Below, piece after piece: positions 31,326 to 31,855 of a stretch of 31,855 nt of DNA. Source of the stretch: a virus (lineage: Duplodnaviria; Heunggongvirae; Uroviricota; Caudoviricetes); IMG/VR virus record IMGVR_UViG_3300049048_000035, positions 1 through 31,855 of that record; one strand, written 5' to 3'. Within the stretch, counting starts at the first letter, position 1. Each line of letters begins with the position of its first letter. The position numbers were made by a program, and so were the translations under genes. The notes under the pieces were generated by a model that saw only the letters and a list, made by a program, of their open reading frames with translations, had not been told where the DNA came from and ran no database searches.

Positions 31326-31805
31326 ATGCAAGGGGGGTTCGCCTCCCAAATTCGAGTTTTTAAGGCTAAGGCAGCCGTAGCCATTAACAAGCAGTGCTAC
31401 GCAATCAGCCGACAGCTTTTCCTGTTCATTGTAGAACTATCTCCCGACAACGATACCACATTCCCTCAGAAGGCAAATTTTGCCAAGGGGTATTTGAAAA
31501 ATAACTGGTATCCAACTGACGGGGCAGCTTTTAGTTCGGATGAAGGGTCTTCTGCCGACCAGAGCGGCAGCGCAAGCAAAGCCCGTATCTTGGGCCTTAA
31601 AGGCTCCCAATTTCTTCTTAGGGACGGCACTGTCACCCTAGCCAACAACGTCAAATATGCCTTCCGGGCAGAGTACGACGGCTGGCCTGAAGGGGGTGGA
31701 CCGCTTGGATTGTGGAAGGGCACTAGAAAGCCCTACGCAATGATTGCCCGTTCCCTGATCCTCATGCAAGGCAAGTACCCCTATGTGGGAGGTAAGGCTG
31801 ACTAA
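31326..31805 (+). CDS. Neck/tail-completion protein (HK97 gp10-like)
   Basis: GFASQI..., GYLKNNW, LANNVKYAFRAEYDGW motifs; ATG 31317 overlaps the -10 box so 31326 is preferred. Confidence 0.65.
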   Translation: MQGGFASQIRVFKAKAAVAINKQCYAISRQLFLFIVELSPDNDTTFPQKANFAKGYLKNNWYPTDGAAFSSDEGSSADQSGSASKARILGLKGSQFLLRDGTVTLANNVKYAFRAEYDGWPEGGGPLGLWKGTRKPYAMIARSLILMQGKYPYVGGKAD

Positions 31806-31855
31806 TGAGCAACACGCTAATTAGAGCCGAGCTAGAAGCCCGGCTAAAGACTTGG
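31805..31855 (+). CDS. Probable tail terminator protein, N-terminal fragment
   Basis: TAATG coupling; MSNTLIRAELEARLKTW runs off the window. Confidence 0.5.
   Translation, partial: MSNTLIRAELEARLKTW

Overview
Fragment of a lytic tailed dsDNA phage genome. The gene order (PhoH/ClpP-like block, tRNA array, terminase, portal, S49 protease, lambda-type capsid) recalls Pakpunavirus/Felixounavirus-like phages, and sigma70 promoters plus Fur-like boxes suggest a proteobacterial host; both assignments are inference. Layout: (1) 1-2640, tightly coupled small + strand genes of pre-early type; (2) 2640-3700, ~1 kb non-coding and palindrome-rich; (3) 4.1-12.4 kb, minus-strand accessory genes (nucleotidyltransferase, SLOG, vWA, HNH, ClpP-like, PhoH); (4) 12.4-12.8 kb, promoter hub with an AT-rich repeat tract; (5) 13.1-18.1 kb, 23 tRNA genes covering all 20 amino acids, with an HNH gene and a TROVE/Ro60-like vWA gene (DUF2828 type) inside the array; (6) 18.1-31.9 kb, head and neck module with a ~6.4 kb accessory fibre/lectin cassette. 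The main finding is a family of five paralogous ncRNA-like elements, four in tandem directly upstream of the DUF2828/TROVE-like gene and one downstream. They share a covarying terminal stem and a CAGCA motif at a fixed position. Two enclose circularly permuted tRNA folds, and four enclose 7-nt-loop hairpins, two of which are canonical anticodon loops. This looks like a divergent phage Ro60/Y-RNA-like ribonucleoprotein system. All calls come from reading the sequence and ORF track by eye; no searches were run.
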